Source of the DNA: Minisyncoccota bacterium
GTDB lineage: Bacteria > Patescibacteriota > Minisyncoccia > Phycocordibacterales > JAQTLZ01
NCBI GenBank assembly: GCA_028711065.1
Contig: JAQTSY010000006.1
Coordinates: 213 to 64,212 of the forward strand
Reading direction: 5' to 3'
Length of the DNA: 64,000 bases
Shown here: positions 8,751-18,604 of the stretch, piece by piece
Position numbering within the stretch: position 1 is the stretch's first letter
How the letters are laid out: the number at the start of each line of letters is the position of its first letter
The notes under the pieces: model-generated
What the model was told of the DNA's origin: nothing
Database searches by the model: none
Seen by the model: only the letters and a program-made list of their open reading frames with translations
Made by a program: the position numbers and the translations under genes

Positions 8751-10655
8751 TTAAAGAATGCTTTCCGGATTGATTTTCACAGAAAAATAGGCGGGGAGCC
8801 GAGAAAGTTTTTGCTTCAAATCCTCTTGCGGCCATTCGTTATGTGGAATTTTAAGGATTCCTTTCAGTGTATACGTGCCTCTTGCTTCTGGAATGAAAGC
8901 GGGAAAGACCTCAAGCTCGTATCCTTTTAAATATATTTCTTTTATCTTTTTCATTTCTGCTTCTACTTGCCCTTTTCCGCCGGAAAGGGAAATTTCGATG
9001 AGAACCGAAAAGGGCGGATAATTGAATTGTTCTCGTTCTGTAATTTCTGATTGATAAAAATCAAGAACATTTCCTTCCTGTGCGAGGGAGAGGATTTTTT
9101 CTTCGGGATTTCTCGTTTGTATGATGCATTGCCCATCGGTAAGCGAGCGCATTTTTGAGACGAGATGCATTATCTTCTCATTGATACGGAAATTTGGCAG
9201 AGCGAAGAGGGAATCGGGCGAAAGAATTGCTACCCCGTCGAGCTTGTCTTCCAGGGCGGAAAAAACGGCTTCTGTTCCAAGAAGCACCCCCCATTCTGAA
9301 TGAAGAAAGCGAGAAAGTATTTTTTTTACTTGTACTGATGTTTTTGCTTTTTCTTTGTCTATCACAAAGATGGATTCTTTAGGAATTTTTTCAGCGAGCT
9401 CTTCCTCTATCCGGTCAATGCCAATTCCCGACGGGTCAAGCCTCCAGCTCCCACAGGTGAGGCAAAGTTCATCTGCCGGACGGGTTCTTTTACATCTGTG
9501 GCACAAAAAGAAATTTGTTTTTTCATCTTTGCCTTTGTAAAAAGCGATAGGAGCGTGGCACGTAAGGCACAAAGCGAAATTTCTGCAATCTCGGCAGATG
9601 ATCGAGGACGCATATCCCTTTTTTGTCGAGTAAAGAAAAATATGTTTTTTATAAGTTTTGGCATTTTCTATCATCCCAAAGACGGCATCCCCCACTGTAT
9701 GAAATTTTTTATCCCCTTTCGATTCTTCCAATTTCATATTCACCAAAAGGGTCCGCTCATCTTTTCCCGATTTCCATTGGATTGGCTGGATTGCCGTATA
9801 TTCGCCTTTTTCTTTTTTCCACAATGTTTCGATCCGAAGAAGGGTGTCTCCGAGTACGAGCCGGGCTCCTAGTATTTTTGCGTACATTTCCGCGAAAACG
9901 CGGATATCGAGATAAGGTCTCCTTTGTGTTTTGAAAGTTCCCGAAGATTCCTCATCTATGATAATGGTGCCGATGTCGAAGCGCCGAAGCGAAAGACAGG
10001 CTCCCGTTCCGACGACAAGTATGGGGTGCGGCGTTTCAGCCGCTTCCTTCCAAACTCTTAAAAATTCTTTTTTTGAGAGGCTTCCGGAAACGAAAAAAGA
10101 ATGCATCTCTATTCCCCTCGAAAGATTTTTGAAATAGGTTTTCGCCTCCTCGATGGTGGGCAGACAGCAATACACCGAGCGGGATTTTGCGAATTCTTCT
10201 CGTATGATGCTTCGATACTGAAGAAGCCTCTCTTCTCTTCCTGTTTGAATAACTGAAGTGCGGACATTTCCTCGACTTTTTTCCTCTATCTGCTTTTCTC
10301 CCAGTTTTTCGATTTCTCCTATGCTTTCTAGTAATACTTTGGGAATAAGGGCCGATAGCACGCTTCCCGTCGTGGTTGCGTAATACTGTGCGCACACTTT
10401 CGCGCTTCGAAGATATTTTTCGCTGAAAAAAGAGGGGGAGAGGACGCGCTCTACTTTCCGCATTCCAAAAGGCAGAGATTTTATCTCCGATTTCATGATT
10501 CCGATATTTTGAGCTTCTGCCACCAGTCCGGGTATTTTTCTCGCACGGACAGAAATTTCTACAAGAGCGCCTTCCTTTACAGGAAGAGCGGTAAAGTACG
10601 ACAGGACTTCTTTTGAAATGCCTCTGCCGATAGGAATGACTTGAATGATTTTCAT
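8751..10655 (-). CDS. priA: Primosomal protein N' with degenerate helicase motifs
   Basis: Four CxxC pairs, GIGIDRIEEEL, PNFRINE, IIQTRNPE, YPPFS; Walker A absent, DEES in motif II. Confidence 0.85.
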   Translation of the reverse strand: MKIIQVIPIGRGISKEVLSYFTALPVKEGALVEISVRARKIPGLVAEAQNIGIMKSEIKSLPFGMRKVERVLSPSFFSEKYLRSAKVCAQYYATTTGSVLSALIPKVLLESIGEIEKLGEKQIEEKSRGNVRTSVIQTGREERLLQYRSIIREEFAKSRSVYCCLPTIEEAKTYFKNLSRGIEMHSFFVSGSLSKKEFLRVWKEAAETPHPILVVGTGACLSLRRFDIGTIIIDEESSGTFKTQRRPYLDIRVFAEMYAKILGARLVLGDTLLRIETLWKKEKGEYTAIQPIQWKSGKDERTLLVNMKLEESKGDKKFHTVGDAVFGMIENAKTYKKHIFLYSTKKGYASSIICRDCRNFALCLTCHAPIAFYKGKDEKTNFFLCHRCKRTRPADELCLTCGSWRLDPSGIGIDRIEEELAEKIPKESIFVIDKEKAKTSVQVKKILSRFLHSEWGVLLGTEAVFSALEDKLDGVAILSPDSLFALPNFRINEKIMHLVSKMRSLTDGQCIIQTRNPEEKILSLAQEGNVLDFYQSEITEREQFNYPPFSVLIEISLSGGKGQVEAEMKKIKEIYLKGYELEVFPAFIPEARGTYTLKGILKIPHNEWPQEDLKQKLSRLPAYFSVKINPESIL

Positions 10656-10764
10656 CGCCTTGGATGTATCATCCCAGAGAACGGCTTTAGTTTCAACTTG
10701 CTAGTCGAAAATGTCCTGCGCCTTCAGCTGGACATCTTTCGACATGATTTTTGTGTGTCAAAAA

Positions 10765-12300
10765 TCAGAAACTCTGAAGTATGCTGATATTTGCTCCTAT
10801 TTTGTTGAGCCTATTTGCCAAGTCTTCATAACCGCGATTGATGCTGTATACATTTCGAAGAATGGATGTGCCTTCAGCCGCGAGCATTCCAATGAGAAGA
10901 ATTGCCGCTGGACGAAGCGCGGGAGGACAGATAACTTCAGCTGCTTTTAATTTTGTCGGACCGTTTATGTAACAACGATGAGGATCGGCAAGAATGGTGT
11001 CAGCTCCCAACTTGTCGAGGTCTTTATAATAGATTGCGCGTTTTTCATAGCTCCAGTCGTGGATGAACGTCTGGCCTTCGGCCTGTGTGGCAATGACAGC
11101 GAAGAAGGGAAGATTATCCATATTGATTCCCGGATATGGCTGGGCGTGGATTTTATCTTCGAGGGCTCGCAACTTGGACGGATATGTTTCAATGTCGGCA
11201 AGATTGGTTCTTTCGTTCTCTGCCTTGTATCGGCGAAGAATTTTATAACGAAAGCCCATCTTTTCCAGTTTCAAAAGTTCAAGCTCCAAAAAATCAATCG
11301 GACATCGCATAATTTGAATTTTTGATTTTGTGACGATTGCAGCGGAGAGAAGGAACATTGATTCAATAGGATCTTCGCTCACTGCGTAGATGATCGGCTT
11401 GTCTATAGATGCAACGCCGTGAACGACAAGCGTAGATGAGCCGATTCCGTCGATCTTTACTCCAAGCGCTTCGAGGAAGAAGCAGACGTCTTGGACTTGA
11501 TAGTTCGCGGAAGCAAATTTTATCGTCGTCTTGCCGGGAATTAAGCTTGCTGCCATGATCGCATTTTCTGTCACAGTATCTCCAGCTTCGTACAAAACAA
11601 TATTTCCCGGTTTTACTTTTTCAGTTTTAATCTCGTAATAGGTCGAGTGTGTGTCTATCTCCACTCCCATTTTTTCGAGAGCATAAAAATGAGGTTTGAC
11701 GGTTCGAGAGCCAAGACGGCATCCGCCTGGCTGGGGGAGACGGAATTTCTTGAAAAAGTGAACAAGGGGGCCGATGAGCATGATAACGCTTCGGGTCTTC
11801 ATTCCAGCTTCAGTATCGAGTTTTTTAATGTCGAATTTTGCAGGAGGTTTAATTTCAAGATCATTGCCGTCCCATTTAATTCCCACACCGATTGACTGAA
11901 GCACCTCGATCATTCTGTACGCCTCTTCGATCTTCGGCATATTGCGGAGAATTGTTTTATTTTTGTTGAGGAGCGATGCAGAAAGAAGTCCCATCGCCGA
12001 GTTTTTTGAGGATTTGGTTACTATGGAGCCTGAAAGCTTTCTTCCTCCTTCGATGCGCAGATTCAAGGAGCCCGTAGAAAGATTTATGATTTCTTTATTG
12101 AGAGCCTTTCCGATTTTTGAAAGAGTTTCAGTTGAGAGATTTTGTTCGCCATTTTCAATGCGGGCAATAGCGCTTTGGGTAGTGCCAAGCATTTTGCCAA
12201 GCTCTGACTGGGTGATTCCCCGGTCATCGCGAAGCCTCGCAATGAGGTTTCCTATCTGGACGAGCTTTTGGTCGCCTTCTGGTTCTTTAGTAATTGGCAT
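10765..12300 (-). CDS. murA: UDP-N-acetylglucosamine 1-carboxyvinyltransferase with N-terminal XRE HTH
   Basis: ITQSELGKMLGTTQSAIARIENG HTH, then SKNSA, PGGCRLGSR, DPIE, PYPG, INRGYE. Confidence 0.93.
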   Translation of the reverse strand: MPITKEPEGDQKLVQIGNLIARLRDDRGITQSELGKMLGTTQSAIARIENGEQNLSTETLSKIGKALNKEIINLSTGSLNLRIEGGRKLSGSIVTKSSKNSAMGLLSASLLNKNKTILRNMPKIEEAYRMIEVLQSIGVGIKWDGNDLEIKPPAKFDIKKLDTEAGMKTRSVIMLIGPLVHFFKKFRLPQPGGCRLGSRTVKPHFYALEKMGVEIDTHSTYYEIKTEKVKPGNIVLYEAGDTVTENAIMAASLIPGKTTIKFASANYQVQDVCFFLEALGVKIDGIGSSTLVVHGVASIDKPIIYAVSEDPIESMFLLSAAIVTKSKIQIMRCPIDFLELELLKLEKMGFRYKILRRYKAENERTNLADIETYPSKLRALEDKIHAQPYPGINMDNLPFFAVIATQAEGQTFIHDWSYEKRAIYYKDLDKLGADTILADPHRCYINGPTKLKAAEVICPPALRPAAILLIGMLAAEGTSILRNVYSINRGYEDLANRLNKIGANISILQSF

Positions 12301-12446
12301 GATTATCTAACATACCATATACGCTATAATTTTACAATGTGTAAAACTTTGCCCAGGCACTCACTTTTAAAAACAAGCTGCGAAAAGTAAAAGTGAGTGC
12401 ATGGGTAAATTTGTAAAATTTACTTGAAAAGCTTACTATAAGCCCC

Positions 12447-13457
12447 ATGGGATTTTTCGCTCCAAAACTTGGAATTGATTTGGGTACGGCTAATACCCTT
12501 GTTTTTGTACCCGGAAAAGGCGTCGTATTGAACGAGCCCTCTGTTGTCGCGGTTTCGGAGGACAATCGCATTCTCGCTGTCGGTCTTGAAGCAAAGCATA
12601 TGGTGGGAAGAACTCCTGATAGCATTACCGCATATCGTCCGATGAAAGACGGTGTTATTGCAGACTATAGAGTGACGGAGGCGATGCTTCGCTATTATAT
12701 GAAGAAGGCTCTCGGCAAATGGAATGTCTTTAAGCCTGAAGTAATGGTCTCTGTTCCTGCGGGAGTTACTTCCACCGAACGCCGAGCTGTCATTGAAGCT
12801 GCAATAAAAGCAGGGGCGAAAAATGTGTATGTGGTGAAGGAACCAATTCTCGCTGCAATCGGCGCCGGCATTCCAATTCACGAAGCTCGCGGGCACATGG
12901 TGGTTGATATTGGAGGAGGAACGACTGACGTTGCCGTCATATCTCTGGGAGGAATTGTTTCTTCAATTTCTGTAAAATGCGCCGGCAATAGAATTGATTC
13001 TGCAATTGCCGATTATATTAAAAAAACGTTCAATCTTTCGATTGGAGATAAGACCGCGGAGGATATTAAAATTCAGATCGGCTCGGCGGTGCCTCTTGAT
13101 GAAGAGCTTACTATGATGATAAAAGGGCGAGATTTTGTGACAGGACTTCCTCGTTCAGCAGAAATGAAGACCAATGAGATCGTGAAAGCGATTTCTCGCG
13201 AGCTTCGCGATATGGTGAAAGCAATGAAAGATGTGCTTCAGGAAACGCCCCCGGAGCTCGCCGCAGACATTATTGATACCGGAATAATTCTTACAGGAGG
13301 CTCTTCGCTTCTTCGCAACATTGCCGAACTTGTGTACCGTCGCACGGGAGTGAAAGCACATGTCGCCGAGGACGCGCTCTATTGTGTGGCGAAGGGAACT
13401 GGAATTGCGCTGGAACATCTTGAAACGTATAAAAAGAGTATCTTGGCGAAAAAGTAG
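12447..13457 (+). CDS. mreB: Actin-like rod-shape protein MreB/Mbl (stand-alone paralog)
   Basis: GIDLGTANT, EPSVVA, DGVIAD, VDIGGGTT, TGGSSLL. Confidence 0.95.
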   Translation: MGFFAPKLGIDLGTANTLVFVPGKGVVLNEPSVVAVSEDNRILAVGLEAKHMVGRTPDSITAYRPMKDGVIADYRVTEAMLRYYMKKALGKWNVFKPEVMVSVPAGVTSTERRAVIEAAIKAGAKNVYVVKEPILAAIGAGIPIHEARGHMVVDIGGGTTDVAVISLGGIVSSISVKCAGNRIDSAIADYIKKTFNLSIGDKTAEDIKIQIGSAVPLDEELTMMIKGRDFVTGLPRSAEMKTNEIVKAISRELRDMVKAMKDVLQETPPELAADIIDTGIILTGGSSLLRNIAELVYRRTGVKAHVAEDALYCVAKGTGIALEHLETYKKSILAKK

Positions 13458-13460
13458 CTC

Positions 13461-13613
13461 CCCACGAACTTTTCGGAAAACAGAATAGTTTCCCCTGCGA
13501 GAAAACTTTCCTCGCGCTCAGCTCACGGCTGTCAATGAGCCCCGCTTCTTACAGAGCGGGGTCGTTGACAGACCATGCCCGTGGCTTCCGCGATGTTTCC
13601 CAAAAGTTGCGGG
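13461..13613 (+). repeat. Structured intergenic element, family A divergent copy
   Basis: Outer IR CCCACGAACTTTTCGGAAAACA / TGTTTCCCAAAAGTTGCGGG; shares AGAA..TTCC hairpin, CGGCTG and ACCATGCC bulge with the other family A copies. Confidence 0.75.
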
Positions 13614-13703
13614 TCGCTTCTCGTTGCGATTGCTTTTTCATATTCTAAGTGGTACTTTGATTTTGGAGTTAAAAGAGAATTCACCCAAACAAAGGAGGCG
13701 CAC

Positions 13704-14216
13704 ATGCGCTTAATTCAAGAGGCACAGGCGGTCTTTCTAAAAGGAATGGCCACCAGCAGTTGGGCAACCGGAGCAAAGTCAATACCGATTGTGGAACTTC
13801 CGGGGTATAAGGCAGTGTCGTTTCGGGATGGAGATTTTCTCCTCGTCGACATGTGGGCACCGGGCGACAAACGCTTTCGATTCTCGGGTTCGACAACGAT
13901 CTCTTTCCAGGAGACCGTTATCTGGGCGATGCATTACCAGGGATTTTGCTCGCCACGCGCCTCGCCCATCTTGAGAAAGATTCTCCTCGATACATACAAA
14001 AAGGGAATTTTCTGGGGAGGTCGGGGCGAGCAGTGCATGTCAGTGGACGATAAGTGGAGGTACTACAACCTTCTGCGAGCGGTTTCGCAGCAGCACTCAT
14101 TCTTCCACTTCAGTGGCGAAGAAAATCTCCAATACTCGCCAGGATGCATTCAGGAAGAACCAGATGCTCGGGTTGAATACTTTGGGCAGATGGTTGCTCA
14201 TTTCGACCCAGCGTAG
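13704..14216 (+). CDS. DUF5680-like hypothetical protein (solo accessory gene)
   Basis: AAGGAGG before ATG 13704; GSTTI...IWAMHYQG...FWGGRG...FSGEE pattern; terminator about 14258-14286. Confidence 0.6.
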   Translation: MRLIQEAQAVFLKGMATSSWATGAKSIPIVELPGYKAVSFRDGDFLLVDMWAPGDKRFRFSGSTTISFQETVIWAMHYQGFCSPRASPILRKILLDTYKKGIFWGGRGEQCMSVDDKWRYYNLLRAVSQQHSFFHFSGEENLQYSPGCIQEEPDARVEYFGQMVAHFDPA

Positions 14217-14316
14217 TCAGTACAAGTCTTGGCAAGAACTGTTCTCATCATTGATAGAGCTCCGCGCGTTGCGGGGCTTTTTTTATTCCCAATTCTCTCT
14301 GTGCTAATATATTTGT

Positions 14317-15006
14317 ATGTTAAGAATTGATTCCAGAAAACTCCACCACGCGTATTGTATCGTGGGTGAGCGGGAGGAAATTACTTCTGAGCTCTTGGAA
14401 TTTTTCGAGAAGGAGTTGAAAGTGAAAACGGCTGGAAATCCCGATTTTTGGCGCGGCGAGTTTGATTCGCTCACAATTCAAGATGCTCGGCAGATTGCGG
14501 AAATTCAAAGCAAAAAGGCATACGGCGCTGGGAATAAGAAGATTTTTCTCGTCCTTGCGAATAAGATTACCCGCGAGGCTCAGAACGCCTTACTTAAGGT
14601 TCTCGAAGAACCAACTCTTGACACCCACTTTTTTCTACTGATTTCGAGTACTGAAGGACTTTTGTCAACTCTCAAATCCCGGCTTTTTATTATAAATACC
14701 AATGGCGAAAACAAGTGGGAGAAAGAGGCGAAAGAATTTCTTTCTAGCGCAAAGCCAAAACGGCTTGTTTCCGTGAAGAAGATGACGGATGAAATTTCTG
14801 ATGAAAAGAAAACAAAAGCCGATGCGATTTCTTTTTTAAATGCTGTTGAAGCAATTTTAAAAGAAAAAGTTGGAACGTTAAAATCAAAAGAAGAGGCGAG
14901 AAGCTTCGAAGAGCTTATTAAATTTCGCTCATACCTCGGCGATCAATCTCCGTCGGTCAAAATGATTCTTGAGCACTTGGCACTTATTTTGCCAGTGGTA
15001 AAATAG
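14317..15006 (+). CDS. holB: DNA polymerase III delta-prime subunit-like
   Basis: HHAY, NPDF, TREAQNALLKVLEEP, LLSTLKSR. Confidence 0.8.
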   Translation: MLRIDSRKLHHAYCIVGEREEITSELLEFFEKELKVKTAGNPDFWRGEFDSLTIQDARQIAEIQSKKAYGAGNKKIFLVLANKITREAQNALLKVLEEPTLDTHFFLLISSTEGLLSTLKSRLFIINTNGENKWEKEAKEFLSSAKPKRLVSVKKMTDEISDEKKTKADAISFLNAVEAILKEKVGTLKSKEEARSFEELIKFRSYLGDQSPSVKMILEHLALILPVVK

Positions 15007-15012
15007 ACTGTC

Positions 15013-16365
15013 ATGAAAGATTCAATCTTCAAAGCGTACGATATTCGGGGCATCTATCCGACAGAGCTGAATGAAGAAATCATGTACGCGATTGGACAGG
15101 CTTTTGCAGAAATTGAAAAACCAAAGACGATTGTTGTGGGAAGAGATGTTCGGATAAGCGGGCCATCCATGCAAAAAGCTCTCATCCAGGGGCTCCTAGA
15201 TTCCGGAGTGGATGTTGTAGATATTGGTCTTATTTCAACGGAAGAAATTTATTTTGCAACCGCATATTATAAATATGATGCGGGAATTTCTGTTACTGCT
15301 TCTCACAATCCTCGCGAATATACCGGAATGAAAATGGTCCGAAAGGGCGCAGAACCGATTGCTGGAGAAGAGATCACGGTTTTGCTTAAGAATAAGACGA
15401 AAGAACTTCTTAGCAAGAAAGCCTCGGCAAAAAAGAAAGGAAAGCTAAGCACGAAAGAGGTGCACGAGGATTTCAGGAAATTCGTTCTCGGATTTATTGA
15501 TGTAAAGAAAATAAAGCCGTTTAAAGTTGTAGTGAATCCGAATTTTGGTTTTCAGGGAGAGCTCGTGAAGCTTGTTTGCCGAGACTTGCCCATTACTTGG
15601 AGTTTTTTGAACGGCGAACCCGATGGTAATTTCCCGAAAGGCAGGCCTGACCCGTTTCTCGAAGAAAATCGCACAGAATTCATTGAAAAAATAAAAAAAG
15701 AGAAACCGGATTTCGGTGTTACCTGGGATGCTGATGCTGACAGAGTATTTTTTGCTACAGGAAGCGGGCTTTTCCTTGAGGCATATTACACAAACGTACT
15801 TCTTGTAGAAGAAATGCTCCATAAAAATCCAAAAGCGAAGATCGTCTATGATCCGCGTTATGTATGGGCGCTTCTCGATATGATAAAAGAATCCGGTGGT
15901 ACTCCGGTCCGATGCCGTGTCGGGCACAGCTTCATAAAAAAGGCGATGCGGGAATCAAACGCTATTTTTTCCGGAGAATCAAGCGGGCACACCTATTTTA
16001 GGGATTTCTTTTTTGCAGACTCGGGAATTATTCCCTTTCTTCTTATGCTCGAATTTCTTTCACAAGATGGAAAAAGTTTGGAAGAATGCATTATGCCGAT
16101 CATTTCAAAATATCCGATCTCTGGGGAGATCAATTTGACCCTCAAAGATGCCAAAAACGCTCTTTCTGTTGTACGAAGAAGCTATGCGGACAAAGGAAAA
16201 GTGGAAGAATTTGATAATGTGATCGTCGAGAAAAAAGGGGAATGGCGCTTCAATATTCGAATGTCTAATACCGAACCCTTGCTTCGAATCAATATTGAGG
16301 CTAAAAATAAGGCTATTGTGGAAGAAAAGCGCTCTGAACTTCTCGCCCTTCTCAAAGATCTCTAG
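15013..16365 (+). CDS. Phosphomannomutase/phosphoglucomutase
   Basis: FKAYDIRG, TASHNP, DADADR, GESSGH, RMSNTEP. Confidence 0.95.
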   Translation: MKDSIFKAYDIRGIYPTELNEEIMYAIGQAFAEIEKPKTIVVGRDVRISGPSMQKALIQGLLDSGVDVVDIGLISTEEIYFATAYYKYDAGISVTASHNPREYTGMKMVRKGAEPIAGEEITVLLKNKTKELLSKKASAKKKGKLSTKEVHEDFRKFVLGFIDVKKIKPFKVVVNPNFGFQGELVKLVCRDLPITWSFLNGEPDGNFPKGRPDPFLEENRTEFIEKIKKEKPDFGVTWDADADRVFFATGSGLFLEAYYTNVLLVEEMLHKNPKAKIVYDPRYVWALLDMIKESGGTPVRCRVGHSFIKKAMRESNAIFSGESSGHTYFRDFFFADSGIIPFLLMLEFLSQDGKSLEECIMPIISKYPISGEINLTLKDAKNALSVVRRSYADKGKVEEFDNVIVEKKGEWRFNIRMSNTEPLLRINIEAKNKAIVEEKRSELLALLKDL

Positions 16366-16513
16366 GGGGATAACTGGGGATTTCTTTTCTGTTTCGCATT
16401 TTTCAAGATGCTATAATAAAGGTATAAAAGTCGAACTATTAAAAACCTAATTCTGAGTTTGTTAAGAATCTAATCTTTATAAAATTTTAAGATTGTTAAC
16501 AGATTCTAAAAAA

Positions 16514-16729
16514 ATGAAAGGTTTACACAAAATTTCATTTATCTTGCTCATCATTGGAGGTTTGAATTGGCTTGTTATCGGTCTTCTTTCGACTGATTAT
16601 GTCATGCAAATTCTCGGTGGTTCAATTGCTCGAATTATCTACATTCTCGTAGGTCTTTCTGCAGTTGTCGAGATCATAAATCACAAGAGTCTCTGCAAGA
16701 ACTGTGATAAGGGGATGAGCCAGATGTAA
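16514..16729 (+). CDS. DUF378 small membrane protein
   Basis: LLIIGGLNW...ARIIYILVGLSA; terminator about 16748-16789. Confidence 0.85.
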   Translation: MKGLHKISFILLIIGGLNWLVIGLLSTDYVMQILGGSIARIIYILVGLSAVVEIINHKSLCKNCDKGMSQM

Positions 16730-16833
16730 TCTGGTTTTTTCGTTCGAAAAAGGAAAATCCCCCGGATTCAGCCGGGGTTTTCCTTTTTCTGTGCATTTCG
16801 AAAATATCCCTTTTATGATAGAATTACTGGTCT

Positions 16834-17007
16834 ATGGCAGAGATCATTGCAGATTTTCATATTAAATCGAGCGAAATACTCCTTCTTTTGGCGGGGGTGT
16901 CGCTTCTTATTAGTTTGCCGTACTTAGCAGAGGGGAGTAGCACCTTTTGGACTCTCGCCAGAATCCTCTACGGAATGGGAGTAGTCCTTTTCTTTGTTGA
17001 TCGATAA
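16834..17007 (+). CDS. 57-aa two-TM small protein (below ORF-track cutoff)
   Basis: Manual translation MAEIIADFHIKSSEILLLLAGVSLLISLPYLAEGSSTFWTLARILYGMGVVLFFVDR*; stop 4 nt before next ATG. Confidence 0.6.
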   Translation: MAEIIADFHIKSSEILLLLAGVSLLISLPYLAEGSSTFWTLARILYGMGVVLFFVDR

Positions 17008-17011
17008 AAAT

Positions 17012-18028
17012 ATGCTTCCAAGCGAACTTACAGCACTTGTAGTATTTTTTGAGCAACTGGGCCTTGCTCTTTGCGGCGCTGCCTGTCTCTGGGGCATTTT
17101 CTTTTCTGTGAATGCCGAGACTACGAAAGAAGAGGGAAAGAAAAAGATTTTCAACGAAATCAGCAATAAGCTTTTCATTCCTTTTACTCTCGGGTTCGTC
17201 ATCTCGACTCTGGTGTGGCTCATAAGAATCTTCAGTAGAAGCGGTTTCGCATCTCGTCACACCTTCAACCTTTTTTCGAATCTCTCTCAGATGAGCCAGT
17301 ATGTGGAGCGGAGCGTTCCGGTGTTGTGGCTCGTCTTTATTTTCTTTTCACTTGCATTTATTATCTTTTCCTCTTTCTGGAAGAAAAAATTTCCGCATCT
17401 TGTGAGGACTTTTTACCTCGTCAGTTTCATCCTCGTTTTTATTCTCATCAGTTTTCCAACGGGTGTGGCGAATTTTACGAACGACCACCTCTTTTTCATA
17501 AAGCATGGCTTTCCGCTCATCTTTACGATCGGTACCGTGATGATCGTCGATTTTCTTTTCTTTTTCACCAGAAGTTCTCTTCGGGCAAAACGTGCTATCT
17601 TTCCTTACTTCACAACGCTCAATAAGTTCATTTGGATCGGACTTGGCATTCATTTCTTTACTGACTGGGTAAATGCGGCCCAAATCGCGCTTACCCCAGT
17701 CTTCTATTTTGTGCAAATTGTGACCGCGGTCATTATTATAAACGGAATGCTTTTCACGGGGCCGCTCACGGAGGTCATCATCTCCGGCGTTTCGGAGAGA
17801 AGAGTGAAGCCCCTCGAAAAAAAGTGGGGAATCATTTCTGGAATTTCCGGAGTAATCTCTTTCTCTTCTTGGACATCCCTTACTCTTGCCACTTTACTTC
17901 CCAACGTTCCCTTGAGTCTTTCATATCTCCTCGCTATTTATGTCATTAAGCTCGTGGTCATTTATGTGGCCTTTCTCTTTATCGAATGGATGACGGATAT
18001 TCCGCTTTCTTTTGTGAATACGAATTGA
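17012..18028 (+). CDS. Polytopic membrane protein of unknown function
   Basis: About 9 hydrophobic segments; ATG 17012. Confidence 0.7.
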   Translation: MLPSELTALVVFFEQLGLALCGAACLWGIFFSVNAETTKEEGKKKIFNEISNKLFIPFTLGFVISTLVWLIRIFSRSGFASRHTFNLFSNLSQMSQYVERSVPVLWLVFIFFSLAFIIFSSFWKKKFPHLVRTFYLVSFILVFILISFPTGVANFTNDHLFFIKHGFPLIFTIGTVMIVDFLFFFTRSSLRAKRAIFPYFTTLNKFIWIGLGIHFFTDWVNAAQIALTPVFYFVQIVTAVIIINGMLFTGPLTEVIISGVSERRVKPLEKKWGIISGISGVISFSSWTSLTLATLLPNVPLSLSYLLAIYVIKLVVIYVAFLFIEWMTDIPLSFVNTN

Positions 18029-18040
18029 TATACTTTTTCT

Positions 18041-18592
18041 ATGCCTTACGATTTCAAATCTTTTAAGAACAAGACCAATGACGTCTCCGCTTGGCTTCAA
18101 AAAGAGTGCGCGCAGATTCGTACTGGCCGGGCAACGCCCAACCTTCTCGACGGTATTTCCGTAGAAAGTTTCGGCTCGAAGGTCCCGCTCTCTCAAGTCG
18201 GTTCAATCGGAACAGAAGATCCGAAAACGCTTCGTGTCACTCCGTGGGATATGACGCAAGCGAAACACATTGAAAAAGCGATAACGGTTGCTAATCTCGG
18301 ACTTTCTGTAGTGCTTGATGATAAAGGCGTGCGGGTGATATTCCCAGAACTTTCTTCTGAACGAAGAACATCACTCGTAAAGTTAGCTAGAGAGAAATTG
18401 GAAGAAGCGAAAAAAACTGTCCGAATGGAGAGAGATAAAGAATGGAGCCTTATTCAGAAGAAAGAAAAGGAAGGCGGGATGGGGGAGGATGAAAAATTTC
18501 GCCTCAAAAAAGAAATGGAAAAGATCGTTGATGAGGTTCACAAGAAATTCGAAGATATGATTGTAAAGAAAGAAAAAGAAATTTTGTCCTAA
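18041..18592 (+). CDS. frr: Ribosome recycling factor
   Basis: IRTGRATP, PELSSERR, KEKEIL. Confidence 0.95.
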   Translation: MPYDFKSFKNKTNDVSAWLQKECAQIRTGRATPNLLDGISVESFGSKVPLSQVGSIGTEDPKTLRVTPWDMTQAKHIEKAITVANLGLSVVLDDKGVRVIFPELSSERRTSLVKLAREKLEEAKKTVRMERDKEWSLIQKKEKEGGMGEDEKFRLKKEMEKIVDEVHKKFEDMIVKKEKEILS

Positions 18593-18604
18593 TATTTTAA
18601 TCGC

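Noticed and set aside
14317-15006. Missing Walker A in the clamp-loader subunit as a novelty
   Set aside because: Delta-prime is normally ATPase-inactive.
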